Shown piece after piece: positions 23,518-37,043 of a stretch of 64,000 nt of DNA. How positions within the stretch are numbered: position 1 is the stretch's first letter; each line of letters starts with the position of its first letter. The DNA is from Paecilomyces variotii (Eukaryota): the NCBI GenBank assembly GCA_004022145.1, contig RCNU01000004.1; one strand, given 5' to 3'. The translations under genes were made by a program, and so were the position numbers. Under the pieces are notes generated by a model. That model was not told the origin of the DNA. It made no database searches and saw only the letters and a program-made list of their open reading frames with translations.

Positions 23518-26500
23518 GTGCGTGGGAACTCGGGAATGCCATGGAGAGTCTGGTGCCTTGCCGATGGCGAAAGAGTCTTGATATGCAGGTTTCTGGAAGC
23601 TAACTCATGTGATGGAGTAGTCGACCTATGCCAAATTCACAAGAGCCTGTCAGGACATGGCGCGCTGGGCTAACATTTGCGGATTTCACAGCCCCTAAAT
23701 TCGTGAAGTTAGAGCTTCCATTCTTGAGGAAGGTCCTGGCTCTCTTATGATCCCTCGGCCATTGTGTGCTAAATTATCGGATTGTTCCATGGAACCGGTG
23801 TAGCACGATTTCTGCTGACCTTGGCCCTGCCTATACTATAAATCCGCTGCTGAGAACAGACACTGTCTGTTCGGAAGATGGTGTTTTCGTGATCCGTTTA
23901 TTTTGGATCGAAGGGTCTTCGACCATTTCTGCTTGTCATTCCGTTGTCAACTCTGACCTTTTCAAATATGGCGTTCTTCGAAGGTCGGTCTAATGAGTGG
24001 GCAGTCCAGAGTTTTACTTATTTGCAAACGTCTAAGGTTCTCTTACTCGAATTGCATGGAAAAATCAGTTTCCCTACGTCATAGCGCTTGTTATACTCGT
24101 GTCATTGGTTTTGCGCCCTAATCGCATCCCGGGTTGGTTTGTCCTATGTGTCATGTTACAGCTCCAAGTCGAGCTTGTTTTGATGTGCTGGTTGGGTTCG
24201 TTTTCTTTACAAATAACCAATATATCCCCCTCTGGCTTGCCACGTTCTGTTGTCTTTGTGTTTATTACTTTTCGTGATCTCTGTTCTTTTTGTCCTCTCG
24301 GGATAACCAAAATGGCGCACAATCATCACTGTCATCATTTATCGTCTTCCTTGGGAATTCTCTTGAAGAACTCGCAGGAATCCAAATAAAACAGCTGGCT
24401 AGGAGAGCCAATACACATACAAAGGATCCATGGAGAACCCGGACTTTGGTCGTTTCTCGTCTCTTCCAAAAGCGAATCGGGTCCGGTTGGAGATCCATAT
24501 TACATTTCTCTTGTCAATTTTCCCCCCTGTTGTTTTCTCTGTTGTACGGTATTACGCTTCATTGTGGTCTTTCTCATTTGCCTCATGTGTTTGCCAGCAC
24601 CATCATACCATAGCAGGGAGCGAGGCGATTCAGGGTCGGTGTCCGTGTGCTCTTTTCTGATTGTTTTCTTTTTTGATGTTTCACCTATAGCCCCGAATGT
24701 GCAGTCAATGATGAATATGTAGAATTGAAATCCGGTTTGGCCAAGGAATAATACATATATACAGGAAATATTAGAAAAGGAAAAAATGAGAAAAAAACAG
24801 AAAGAAAAGAAAACCTGAGATACCTTGCGGGTTCCATTCATTTAAGATATGTAGAATGTAGTATGTAAAATTTAGTAGCTAAGAGCGATCGGAATTGACG
24901 ATCGGAATGTGGACTCTGTACGAATGTGGTGGCGTCCATGCATCGGACGTGCTTACTTGTATATCTTCGACTACTATGAATATGTGGTATCTGAAATCCT
25001 TTGCATTTAATTAAATCTTGGCAATAGCGATGATCTTTATTATCCTACAACGCCCTTTATGATTTTATACTTGAAGTGAGAACCGACTACACTACGACAG
25101 CAGCTTGCTTGTATGTATGTACATACATGTACACACACCACTTACCGATCTGCCTGTGATTCGATAACATATGAGATCATCATATACTAATCAGCCCCTT
25201 TCTCGGACCTGCGCGCATAGCAAAGAAAGTCTAGAACATCTAAGTTAGAAAGAATAGCTAATATCCGATGCTCTGGGGCTATTTAAGAGAATATATTTCT
25301 CTTTTCTCATAGATAGAGGGTACTAAGTAATGATAATAATAATGAATTTGTGATGCGGAGAGAGATTAGATCAGATTGCTTGCTTGCTTGCTAGGTATTT
25401 AAGCTTAACATGTAAGTTAAGTTCAATTGCTGGTATAATTTTTATAAAGTAGTTAACTAGCTTATTATTATCAACTATGAAAAATCTAGGATTACAGAAG
25501 CAAAGGTTAGGTTCTAAAGAAGCATTTCAAAAAGGGATAAAATATTATTACTGAGAGAACTAAAGGTCACCGGAATCTATCAGCTATTTATATTGTGCTC
25601 CCTGACTGACTCTAGACTATCTTGACATTACAGCTGCATGGGGCTGAACTGAACCGAATCACTATCTTACCCATTATTTCCATGGTTCCAGCCAGCACCT
25701 TCTGCTTTGATCCTAGGAATTCTAGGTAGCTTTCCGTTGCAGATGCTACCTAGGTATCTACCCGGTTTGTATCGGGTAGGAGCAGCGGATTGCAGCAGGT
25801 TTATAGCTCGTCTCCATAGAAGCTGTAACTAAGCGTTGACATTATTATTAACAGAAAGGCTCAGCTCAGCCTAACTAGGTAGGTAATTAATTATCTTAGT
25901 CCTTGGCAATAGGACAAGCTGGACTGTTTTCAATGATTTGAGGCGTAATTAAATTAGTTTGACTTGAGGGATTTCTTTATACGTGCGCCTGAAAAGTACA
26001 GGTTGTATGTATGTATAATTGCATAGAAATAGCTTTTGATTTCTTCCTTTTTTGCTCTGCGTAATTAACTATAGACTTGAGGAAGGTTACGCAACAGCTG
26101 TTGGCGGGTTGTGAGAAAATTTGGAGTCTCTTTTTTCATTCGGGGGTTTTTTTTCCCTAGCTAGTTTTATTGTGTTCTTGCTTTCTTCCTTTCTTCTCTT
26201 GTTCTTCAGTCCTATCAGTTGTAGAGTGTAGAATACAGGATCATGTGATATTACAATAATGTACGTCGATGCAAAGTATTAATCTTCATCATGATCAGAA
26301 AAGAGAGAGAGAGGGGAGGGAAGAAGAAGTGAAATGAAAAGGAGGAAAGTATCAAGACACATTAGAAACAAATAGGCATCGGGCGTCTCGCGTAGCAAGG
26401 ACTCAGTCCTTAAACCTAAATCGATTCGTAATTTCGAATCAAACCGCATGACAGCATATCTCGAGCCAATATCGTGAGAGTGTTGAGAAATTAAAAGATG

Positions 26501-26734
26501 TGTAATACAGATGATCGACCGGTGCTCACGCGCAATGAAATGATTTCATACACGAACGTTAAGAGGCGCCAGGATATTCCGATGGTTATGCGGAGGGGGT
26601 ATTGTTTTGTTTTTCTGAAAAAAATGTGCATGGAAGATCCAGTCGACATCAAGAAATGAAGAAGTTTGCAGGATCGCGTAAAGGAGTCCTCCCTGTCCAT
26701 GAAATTAGTTGAAGGTCGTTAAGAATTCTGCCGT

Positions 26735-28253
26735 TTAGGACTTCATCTCCACCAAGATGTATGGGAAGATCACAACGCAAGCTGTCCAAAAAACAGCAAA
26801 GCTGCGCAAGAGGTTCAGGGGCAGCATGTAGAGAGGAGCCTCGCTGATCATGACCCAGATCGAAAGAAAGGCGACTACGAAGAAGTGCCAGAACAAGACA
26901 AGCGGCTGCTTGACCAGGCCAGAAAGCAGACCGACAGGTCCCTCGACGATTCCAAGCTCGAAGTAACGGAAGCAACCGCGCTGGAGCACTTTGAGATTGT
27001 CGTCTACAATTGATAACAATCAGCATTCAATGGGGCTACAAGTTTGAGATAATATGAAAGGCATAACACATACCATCAGCCGCAAACAGACTGTAAAGAG
27101 CCTGGGCTAGAATGTTGATGACTGAAGCGGAGTTCTTTCTCTTCCAATGGAAGGCGGACATCTGCTTCAGGACCTTCTTTGTGTCTGAGAGGTCCGGAAC
27201 CTTCTCAGGACTAAGCAGGTCACGCACCATCACAGCATCATTGAGCGCGACAGTCATTCCACCACCAGTCAATGGGTGGCGCATATTGAGCGCATCTCCC
27301 AAGATCACCAAGCCCGGAGTGTTGTTCGTGGATGCCGGAAGGAACGAGTTCGGCATCGAGCGCAACTGGTTCTTCTCGAGCGCCGCCAGGAAGGATGGCT
27401 GCACACTCTTTGGAAGCGACGGAAGCACAGTGTTACGCAGATGGCCTTTGACACCTCCATTCTTCACGGACGCAGAGGGGAGATTCTCGGGGATATCGAC
27501 CAGCGCGCGGGTTTCGTGTGTTCCGATCTGGTACAGGAGAACAGGCGCATTGTCACTCAGGATGATATGGCCATGGTTGGGCATGGGGAGCTCCGCATCG
27601 ATCAACTCCAGCGCAAAGAACTTCGATTTCACCTTGGGAGTGTGTGGGTGGTGTTCCTTGCGGAACTTGGAGGCGTATCCGTCCGCAATGACGGTGAGCT
27701 GGCCGAAATAGCAATCCTTCGAGCCATTGGTGGTGCAATCGACACCTAGGACCTGGTTTGTATGCGGAGAGGTAACAAGGGAAGTGGCGGTAGTCTCGAC
27801 AACGGTGACATTGGGACAGTCCATGGCAGCCTGGCGCAGTTTCATGACAAAGCGTCCATGGTGAAAGGCGCAGCCTTCTGAGATCGAGGAGAAACCATCT
27901 GGCTTGAGATAGGGAATCTGGACTGGGACACCGTGGTAAATCACATCATAGCCTCTGGTGGGAATTGCATCGATGCCCTTGAGACAATCGCTAAGTCCCA
28001 ACTGCTCGAGCGCTCGGACACCACCAGGCTGCAACAACTCGCCAACAATACGATCAGGCTCTTTGAGAGACCGTTCCAGCAACAGCACACTGCGTCCCTG
28101 TCTGCCCAGTGCGACAGCAAGAGCACAGCCCATGATACCAGCACCCACGATCACGACGTCTGCTTCGTGGTGCACACGCCTGCGCACTTCCGCCTCATCG
28201 CGGGCCTTGGTGACGGGCTCCGCCGGAGCTTCAACGATAGTGGTAGTAGTCAT
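26735..28253 (-). CDS. erg1: Squalene epoxidase (FAD monooxygenase), 2 exons
   Basis: GAGIMG FAD motif, PDRIVGELLQPGG, FHHGRF, ADGYASKFR, GDALNMRHPLTGGGMTV, INILAQALYSLF and hydrophobic C-terminal helices. Intron at about 27073-27006. Confidence 0.96.
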
Positions 28254-28400
28254 TGTGGACGACGCGAACGCAGAGAGGATCAGAAAGAGAGAGTTTCCAC
28301 GGTCAGTTGCATGTTTCGAAGGACAGCTGGACAACAGACGTGTGGGAGAAGAGGGAGAAACACCAGGTTACTTTTCTTTTTTATCGGCCAGAAAGTGAAG

Positions 28401-28411
28401 AGTGGCGTGAG
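28401..28411 (-). promoter_or_regulatory. Candidate SREBP (SrbA-type) sterol response element upstream of erg1
   Basis: Minus strand reads CTCACGCCACT, about 150 bp before the erg1 ATG; a 10/11 match to the RTCABSCCACY consensus as I recall it. Confidence 0.4.
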
Positions 28412-28776
28412 CATGTGAATTCCCGTGCCTGGCGCTAGCGCGGAGTTTCCCCTGATCATCTAGACAAAGCGAGTCCATTCTTAGCGCTCACCGCCAGGTG
28501 AAACTAGGTCTACAAACGGTTCTGCTCAGGTGAGGTTACTCATGGTCATTTCTCCTTGGCAATGGCTATCTAAAATACATAGAATTACAGCGTCAAGCGG
28601 TGGTGGTATATACAAGAACAGGCTATATCAAAAAGGCCTTACATGTGTGTTAAGACAAAAGAAATCAGCAACAGGCCCCGCGAATAGATAGCACCTGCAA
28701 GTGCTATAGAATCCGTCAAGAAGCCATCAGGCTAGGGAACTGTTAGAAGCGGCCAAGAGTCTCGTTATCGACTGTT

Positions 28777-31656
28777 CTAGGAAGACGCCTGGGCCGCAAC
28801 GGATGCTTCTACATCCGAGTCATCTTGCAAGACTACATCCTCACTCCATTGAGCAAGGGTTTCACGCCGTCCTTTTGTGCTAGACGGCACGAAAAGTCGC
28901 TCCAGTTCGCGCTCCTCATCCCAGGACTCGACGATTTCCTTGACGTCGCTGAAATCAAAAGTGGCCTGCTCGTGCTCGGGTTTGATGTTGTTCGCATGGA
29001 TAAAGCGTCTCTTTGCACGGTTCGCCCGAAGTTGTAGCAGAGCCGGATCACCCTTGCTCTTGTTCTCCAGTAGAGTAGCCAGGAACTCCAGATGGTCAAG
29101 ATAACGCAGACGACGCATCACGTAACGGGGTGGGCTCTTGCCCTTCTTCTGTGCAAGCTCCGGCTCGGTTCTAAGAGATGCGACGATGCGGCGGATCTCG
29201 ACAACTAGATCATGGTTGAGAGCCGTGTCCCGAGAGAGGGCTGTCAAGATGCACCACCGAATACCAGCTCGGTTGTTCGTTGTGGCAAAAGCTCTGGCGA
29301 AGATTTTCATGCAAGTGCCATCGAATTTCTGTTCCCGGCCGTGACGAGATATGTATACGGCCTTCATCAACTGCAGGGCGACCTCTGGTTTATTCTGAAG
29401 GATAAGTTTCCGGCTCGTACCCACGGTGATATGGTGTTTGACGATCAACCGGGGATGCTCCCAGCACAGCTCATAGAAACGGAAGACAGCCAGCTGGGCG
29501 ACCTCCGCTTCATTTGAGGGATCAACTTCCATGATCTGCTGGAAGAAGAGGGGGTACAATGATGTCTGGTTTTTGATACCTTTCCACTCAGTCTCCACCA
29601 ATTCTCGCGCTGCGACCAAGCCATGTTCAAGGATAGTGGCAGTGGCCGCAAGCTCGACATGTAGCGGCTTGAGCTGCAGCTGCGCACCTTTTGCTTTCTG
29701 GAAGCATTTGAGCGCCTCGGTCATCTTGCCCGCATGGATGTAGTGAGCCATTTGTCTGTCGAGTGGTTGATACTGATCGATAGATTTGGATGGGACAACA
29801 TCTTCCATGAGCTTTTCGTACCATGGGAGCGGGGCCGCCGTAAAGGGCATTTTATTCACCTCCGGCATGGGAAACGATCGTTTGTCGTAACCGAGAATCT
29901 GCTGGGAGGTCGCTGACTGTCCATATTTCACGCGCGCAGCCTGCAGCATCTGCCAAAATCCCACCGGGCTGTTCTCCACTGCCAGGCGACGAGCCCGCAA
30001 CGAGTCCAAAAAGGCACCCTCATCAATAGGGATCTTCCAGGACTTATCCTTGCTCAGCTGGATAAACTCAGCAAGCATATCATTGTCACCCTTTTCGACG
30101 AGAGCCTCCAACATATGCTTGTATAAAACCTTGTCTGGTACAATGTTGAACCTCTCAATGCTCCGGAAGATAAAGTCGCGTATAGCAACGCCTTTGTTGA
30201 CCACCCAGTATTCCAAGAATATGCGATCGAAGATCTTCAGGAAGTCCACTCGATCTTTCGTGAAGCCAAGCTTATGCATCTCTTCGAGCCCAAGCTCGAC
30301 CTCATCCCATTCACATCGAAGGGCTCTAGAGTACACCAGTAGACCTTTTGTCCGGCAGCTCAGGGGAATGTTATATTTTTCGACCATGTCAGCGACAAGA
30401 GCTTCTGCATCTGCTGGTCTCCCGAAATCGATATATGCTCTCAATACAGGATTGAAGAGTTTCTCGGTAGGTGGTTTACCCAACCTAGCTAAGAAGGTGA
30501 GCAGCTTCTTCAGTTGTCCGTTGATCAATTCCACACTCCTTGTTTTCTTCCAGAGTCCGTGCAGGTACGTCCCGCAAAGACCGCACTGTTGATCGTGTTT
30601 GAGATTCCTGAAAAGGAACCGTTTGGCCGTCGTCAGTCTATGAGACTCTAGCAACGCCCTCAGGACGATATCGATCATATCCACAGGCACGTTGAATTCA
30701 TTCATATATCTCGTATATAGCGCGGCAACGGATTCGATGCTTCCCTTCCGTGCCAGCGCGAGGATCAGGACCTTCCACATTGTTGCCGTCACCGTGTCCA
30801 CGGCCTCAAGTCGTTCAAAGATGGTCCTTGCCATGAACACATTTCCCTGTTTGCAGTTGACCATGAAGATCCTGATGGCAAGCTCTTTCCTCTCGACAGA
30901 TATACCTTTCAACGAAGCCGGGTGTTTATCCAGAAATAATTGTGCGGCCTCGATCGCTCGGCCACGGTCCAGCAAGTCTCGAATCTGGTCAGGAATAGAT
31001 AGCTCTGCATCATCATTGGATCCACGATGCGATTCGGTCTTTGGCTCCGTTGCTGTGGGATTGGGACGTTTAGCTCGTGACTGTTGCCCTGCATTGTCTG
31101 CTCCTTGCAATGGTTTCTCCTGTGGATGAAGTACTGGACTCGGCTCCCAATGCTCCCATGTCTTCGTTTGACCCGGTCTCTCTGCCCGCGGAGGCTTCGA
31201 TGTGACAATTTCCGGTGAACTCCGCGGTGCAAGCGGGCGCAATAGCCCTTCAAGTGGCATTCCCACCTCCGGTAGAGGTCTATCAGGATATCCATTCCAG
31301 GGTAAAGCATCATGATCCGATTCGTTCTGCAAACTGCGCTCCCTCTTTCGTCTCCTATCATCCGCCTTCATCGACTCGAGACCCATAAACTCCCCGGCCT
31401 CCGCCGCCTCCATCATACGAGCCAGTCTCTTCGCCGCCGAGGTAGCATCGTAGTTCGGCGCAGATGATTGCAACGTACGCTTATTCTCGATGATTCGTTC
31501 GGCAACGCGGACTCTCCGATGCACTTCATACGTGAGCGCTGCGATGGTGCATACACTCCCAACAGTCGACCCCGCGAGAGCGAGCTGGCGAAGCACTCGT
31601 AAGGCATTCCGCGAAGGAACCGTCGCACCGCCAGTATTCTGCGGCTTGGAAAACAT
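28777..31656 (-). CDS. Probable mitochondrial pentatricopeptide-repeat (PPR)-like protein, 959 aa, intronless
   Basis: Arg-rich presequence-like N-terminus. PPR-like helical repeats such as TMWKVLILALARKGSIESVAALY, KLFNPVLRAYIDFGRPADAEALVADM and PDKVLYKHMLEALVEKG. Confidence 0.65.
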   Translation of the reverse strand: MFSKPQNTGGATVPSRNALRVLRQLALAGSTVGSVCTIAALTYEVHRRVRVAERIIENKRTLQSSAPNYDATSAAKRLARMMEAAEAGEFMGLESMKADDRRRKRERSLQNESDHDALPWNGYPDRPLPEVGMPLEGLLRPLAPRSSPEIVTSKPPRAERPGQTKTWEHWEPSPVLHPQEKPLQGADNAGQQSRAKRPNPTATEPKTESHRGSNDDAELSIPDQIRDLLDRGRAIEAAQLFLDKHPASLKGISVERKELAIRIFMVNCKQGNVFMARTIFERLEAVDTVTATMWKVLILALARKGSIESVAALYTRYMNEFNVPVDMIDIVLRALLESHRLTTAKRFLFRNLKHDQQCGLCGTYLHGLWKKTRSVELINGQLKKLLTFLARLGKPPTEKLFNPVLRAYIDFGRPADAEALVADMVEKYNIPLSCRTKGLLVYSRALRCEWDEVELGLEEMHKLGFTKDRVDFLKIFDRIFLEYWVVNKGVAIRDFIFRSIERFNIVPDKVLYKHMLEALVEKGDNDMLAEFIQLSKDKSWKIPIDEGAFLDSLRARRLAVENSPVGFWQMLQAARVKYGQSATSQQILGYDKRSFPMPEVNKMPFTAAPLPWYEKLMEDVVPSKSIDQYQPLDRQMAHYIHAGKMTEALKCFQKAKGAQLQLKPLHVELAATATILEHGLVAARELVETEWKGIKNQTSLYPLFFQQIMEVDPSNEAEVAQLAVFRFYELCWEHPRLIVKHHITVGTSRKLILQNKPEVALQLMKAVYISRHGREQKFDGTCMKIFARAFATTNNRAGIRWCILTALSRDTALNHDLVVEIRRIVASLRTEPELAQKKGKSPPRYVMRRLRYLDHLEFLATLLENKSKGDPALLQLRANRAKRRFIHANNIKPEHEQATFDFSDVKEIVESWDEERELERLFVPSSTKGRRETLAQWSEDVVLQDDSDVEASVAAQASS

Positions 31657-32485
31657 GATCGGAAAAGAAGGAAAAAAAAATTTGGCCTCGTATTTACCAC
31701 GCCAACCCAGCCCCAGCTCACGCGGAACCTAGCGGTAAGACATCCGACCAGAGTCCAATGCCCCTAGCCTAGCAAGTCTCAATTGAAAGAAAGGACAGGA
31801 GACGTCAGCGAGACGGGCGATATATGACAGAGGCCATTGCCCGAAGGACCGGGAAGAGGAGATCAGGCCAGAAGGGGTTCGGTGGTTAGAGATTATTTTG
31901 GGCGATGAAGCTCGGATTTCTTGGGGAGATTAAAGTTGTTGCATGATTTGCCGGAATGGAAGATTCACTTCCAGTCGCTGTCGTCTTCCGTAGTGAGAAT
32001 GCCGCCTTTTTTCCGTGGTCTGATTCCGGATAGAACCGCATTTTGTAGGTTCATTTTACGTTGATTATTATTAACTGGACTGACTCATTATTATTGTGTC
32101 AGTGTGATGACTATTTTATGGTAACTGCAGAAGTACCAACTGTGGAATTATATAAGACTGCGTATCGAGGATTTTCAACACCACAAGTTGTGTTAGATCC
32201 GGTTCGAAATTAATTGACTTGGGACTAGTATTATGACGATACCTAATGTATACTTTTCTTTCAAAAAAGCGATCAGCATGACGATACTCCTTCATCATGC
32301 AACATGTTGAATAAATTCTAGTGTTCCATAGGTGCATGCAACTCAAACCGGACAAGGGAACTCTAATAGCCAAAAGATCAACAAGACCTCCAACGTTCCT
32401 CGCTTAGAATTCCAACTCAAACCCAAATGGACTATAGCAAAAACATCAATAACTGTGTTCGTTCCGTTCTTATGCCCTAGGCCGA

Positions 32486-34443
32486 TTAATTCTCGGATAA
32501 CGCATCCTCATTGAGCAGAGGATCAGACGGCTCAGCCGGTCTGCTGGGAGAAGGGGATGAATCCAGGTATACTATACATATGTTAGTTGATGTGGTGAAT
32601 CTCTTGAAGATGTCTGTATCAGCGGACTGTACGTACCATGGGGTCTGATGAACCAGCTCAGAATGAATGTAAGCCCGAATACGGAAGCCAAACAGACAAA
32701 CACGGTCTGCGTGAATTTCCCAACCGTCAAACTATATATTAGATTAAATACTGCTGGCGCGACGACCCGCGCCAGAGCGTGCAATAGGCCCATTGCGCCA
32801 AGTAGTTGTCCTGTACGGTCCGGAGGGACATGCTTCGTGAGGGATGATTGCAGCGTTGGCGATCCCATGCCGCCGAGGGCGGCCACCATGCCGGAAAGTG
32901 TCATTAAGGACCCGGTTCTCACGACGGAGTACCCGATATATCCAAGCATGTCGAACATGATTGACAGCCGGATGAGGACGATATCAAGCATGTCCGATCC
33001 GGTGTTTGGCTGCGATCCGGTACGCTTTCCACGGACAAGTCGTGTGACTGCGGGAAGCACGAGGAGCAGGTTGATTACTCGCACGCTGTTGACTAGTGAG
33101 ACAAATATGCTTGATTCGTAGTTGCCCCAGTCGAACATGTACTCGGCATAGATGATGATGACCTGGACGGTGCCCATAGCCACTCCGAACATGGCAGTAT
33201 CAATGGCAGCCAGGATAATCAAGTTCTTCCGCAAGGCAGAGACTGCTGCCCGCCCGTCAGAGGTAAGAGCGTGAACATGGTCTCCTTTGGGGAATAGAAT
33301 CGTGAGAGGTCTAAATAGATTTGCTGGGTGTAGGTCTCTGAGAGACAACCGGCGCGAGCCATCGCTGTCCAGGCGCTTCATGAGATGCTTGTTGCGAGCA
33401 ATCCGTTGCCGCTCCTCGGACAGCGACTCAGGGATCACGAAAATCAGCATGAGAAAGAAGAAGGTGTGAAATGCCAAGGCCGCTGCAAAGACACCAATGA
33501 TCTTTCCCGTGCGCTTTATGACATATCCAGCTAGAAAAGGCCCAGCGGCAACGCCCGTGAATAAGACCCCGTGGAAGTAGCCAAAGGCCACATTCCTGTT
33601 CTCAGGGGCAGTGCAGTCCGAGGCGTATGAATGCACCAGGGCCAGGGCGGTAGTGAAGGAACCACACAACCCGTCGAAGAAAGCACCGACAAGGAGCAGA
33701 TTGACTGACGAAGATTGAGGCTTTGCCGCCACAACGAGGGTGACAATCTCTCCCAGGATAGAACCAAATGCTGTCAACGCGATGACCTTTGTCCTTCCGT
33801 GCCGATCTGAAAACCGACCCAGTCGAGGACTGACCACCGCCGACAGAATACCTGATATCAGGTTGTAATAAAGTTGAAACCGAGCAACTAGAGACTGCAC
33901 CTCTGGTATCTGGCATTGCTCGTTGTCTTTCCCGAAAAGAACGGGCAGATAGGTGAATCCAGGATCTCTGGAAGCCCTCTCGGAAAGATAGTCTCTGCAA
34001 ATGAGACTAAGAATGAGATTGATCTTGGGCACCGCGATTCCTCCGTATGCTATCGTGAAGGGCAACAATGGCGGTAGCAGCCACCAGATCTAAACGAAGC
34101 ATAAGCCGTCAATACATATTATGGGATTGGGTAATTTTCGACTTGAACCTACCGATGGTCTTCTCCACCAGGGCTTTGCCTCGAATTCCTTTGCTCCTAG
34201 CCAAGGAGTTTCGTGCCGTCCATCGTCCCCATCACCGGGCAGCCCTGCTGCCCCAAAACGGGTTTGGGCGCCTTCACTTGAGAGTAGCGGCGTGTCTTCA
34301 TGAACAGTCTCCCTGATGTCGCCCTTACCTCCCTGGTCCGTGGGGTCTATGGCAGGAATATTACCAGCGACATTAGATGCCGTAGACGCGCGCAACCGGG
34401 CGTCCTGTTCCGCGTCCACAGCAAAAGGCGCCTCGTTCTCCAT
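32486..34443 (-). CDS. Major facilitator superfamily transporter (tetracycline-efflux/SLC46-like), 3 exons
   Basis: MFS motif A (LGRFSDRHGRTKV), HSYASDCT, PTLQSSLTKHVPPDRTGQLLGA and about 12 TM segments. N-terminal ExTPLL dileucine-type motif. Introns 34152-34090 and about 32636-32572. Confidence 0.88.
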
Positions 34444-35207
34444 GGTCGACACCTGTAGATTGTTGATCACCAGGTCTTCAGCTCACCAGGCGAATGTCCG
34501 TATGTTTATGAGGAGCGCGCTCCAGCCAGCATCACTGATAGCGGTCGATACTAGCGCTTCTTAGGCTGCCAGTCATCAAGGGAGCTCGATAGCGGAAAGC
34601 AGAGGGGAATTGAAGGATTGCGCATAGAGTGGTAACCACTGGACAGCGGACAAACACGTAATGACTACCTCGTGGTGCATCCAGAGCCGGGATGTGCCAA
34701 AGGGATGAAACGAATGGCCATGTCGACAAGGCAGGATTCCAGATGAACCCTGGACGGCGGAAGAGACAATGCGTCAGTTACATCGGACTGTTGCTGTCAT
34801 TGGGCCGGTCTGGAATGCGTTGGCGTCGGTGATAAGATAAGCCACAAGCCAACTTCCGCGAAGCTGATGTGAGGTGGTTAAGTTAATGTTTGTGAGTTAA
34901 CTAGGTACTTATTAGGTAGGTAGTTAGAGAGAAAGGTATTATTAATCATTGGATGTCAAGTTCATTACAGCAACAGATAAGTTAGACTTTTCTATTGCTT
35001 CCAAAGGCGCTTTTCATTAAATATGCCACCCTCAACCTCCCGATATTCAGTACAAGTACAGTACATATTCCCGAAACATACTGGAAGCGCTACTCTAGGT
35101 ATACATCCAATGGAAAAAAAGTTTATCATACACGACAGACGCCGGCCACCAGAGACGTAATAGGATAAAACAAAAAAGGAACCAAAAAGCAAGAAAGCGT
35201 GAGGCAG

Positions 35208-36611
<1,404 letters not shown>

Positions 36612-37043
36612 GATCAATTGTCAGGACTCTCCCTTTCCTCTAACAAAAAGAAAGGAAGCCAGCAGTGCGCTGGAGGAAGTAGGACCGTAAAAGCGACGAG
36701 CTTACCACATTGTGGCAAGACCGAGATGGCCGGTTTGGGTCGAGAACTGCTGCGATGACCGAGCGCCAAGCCGAGCCGAGGCGGGCCAATCAGGGCCTCG
36801 CCAGCGTCATCAACCAGCCAGCCTGGCACGTGACCGACGTGTTTCCCCGCGTCGGCGTTCGGCCAGCCATCGCGTCACTGCGGAGAGAGAGAGAGAGAGA
36901 GCGATAGCAGGCAGCAGAGCAGGCTCGGCCTATAATTTTATATTAAAATAACAACAACAACACGATTTTTCCCTTTTTCTTTCCATCTCCCCGACCAGGA
37001 CAGACTGCTGCTCTTTTGGCTTTGGCATTTCCAATTAACTACA
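36612..37043. promoter_or_regulatory. Compact bidirectional promoter between hem15 and ku70
   Basis: 432 bp between divergent ATGs. Contains CCAAT (~36786), CACGTG (36827-36832), a (GA)n tract (~36883-36901) and TATA-like TATAA (~36931). Confidence 0.6.

Noticed and set aside
36786..36806. CBC-HapX bipartite site at hem15
   Set aside because: CCAAT is present, but the triplet 12 nt downstream is AGC, not RWT.
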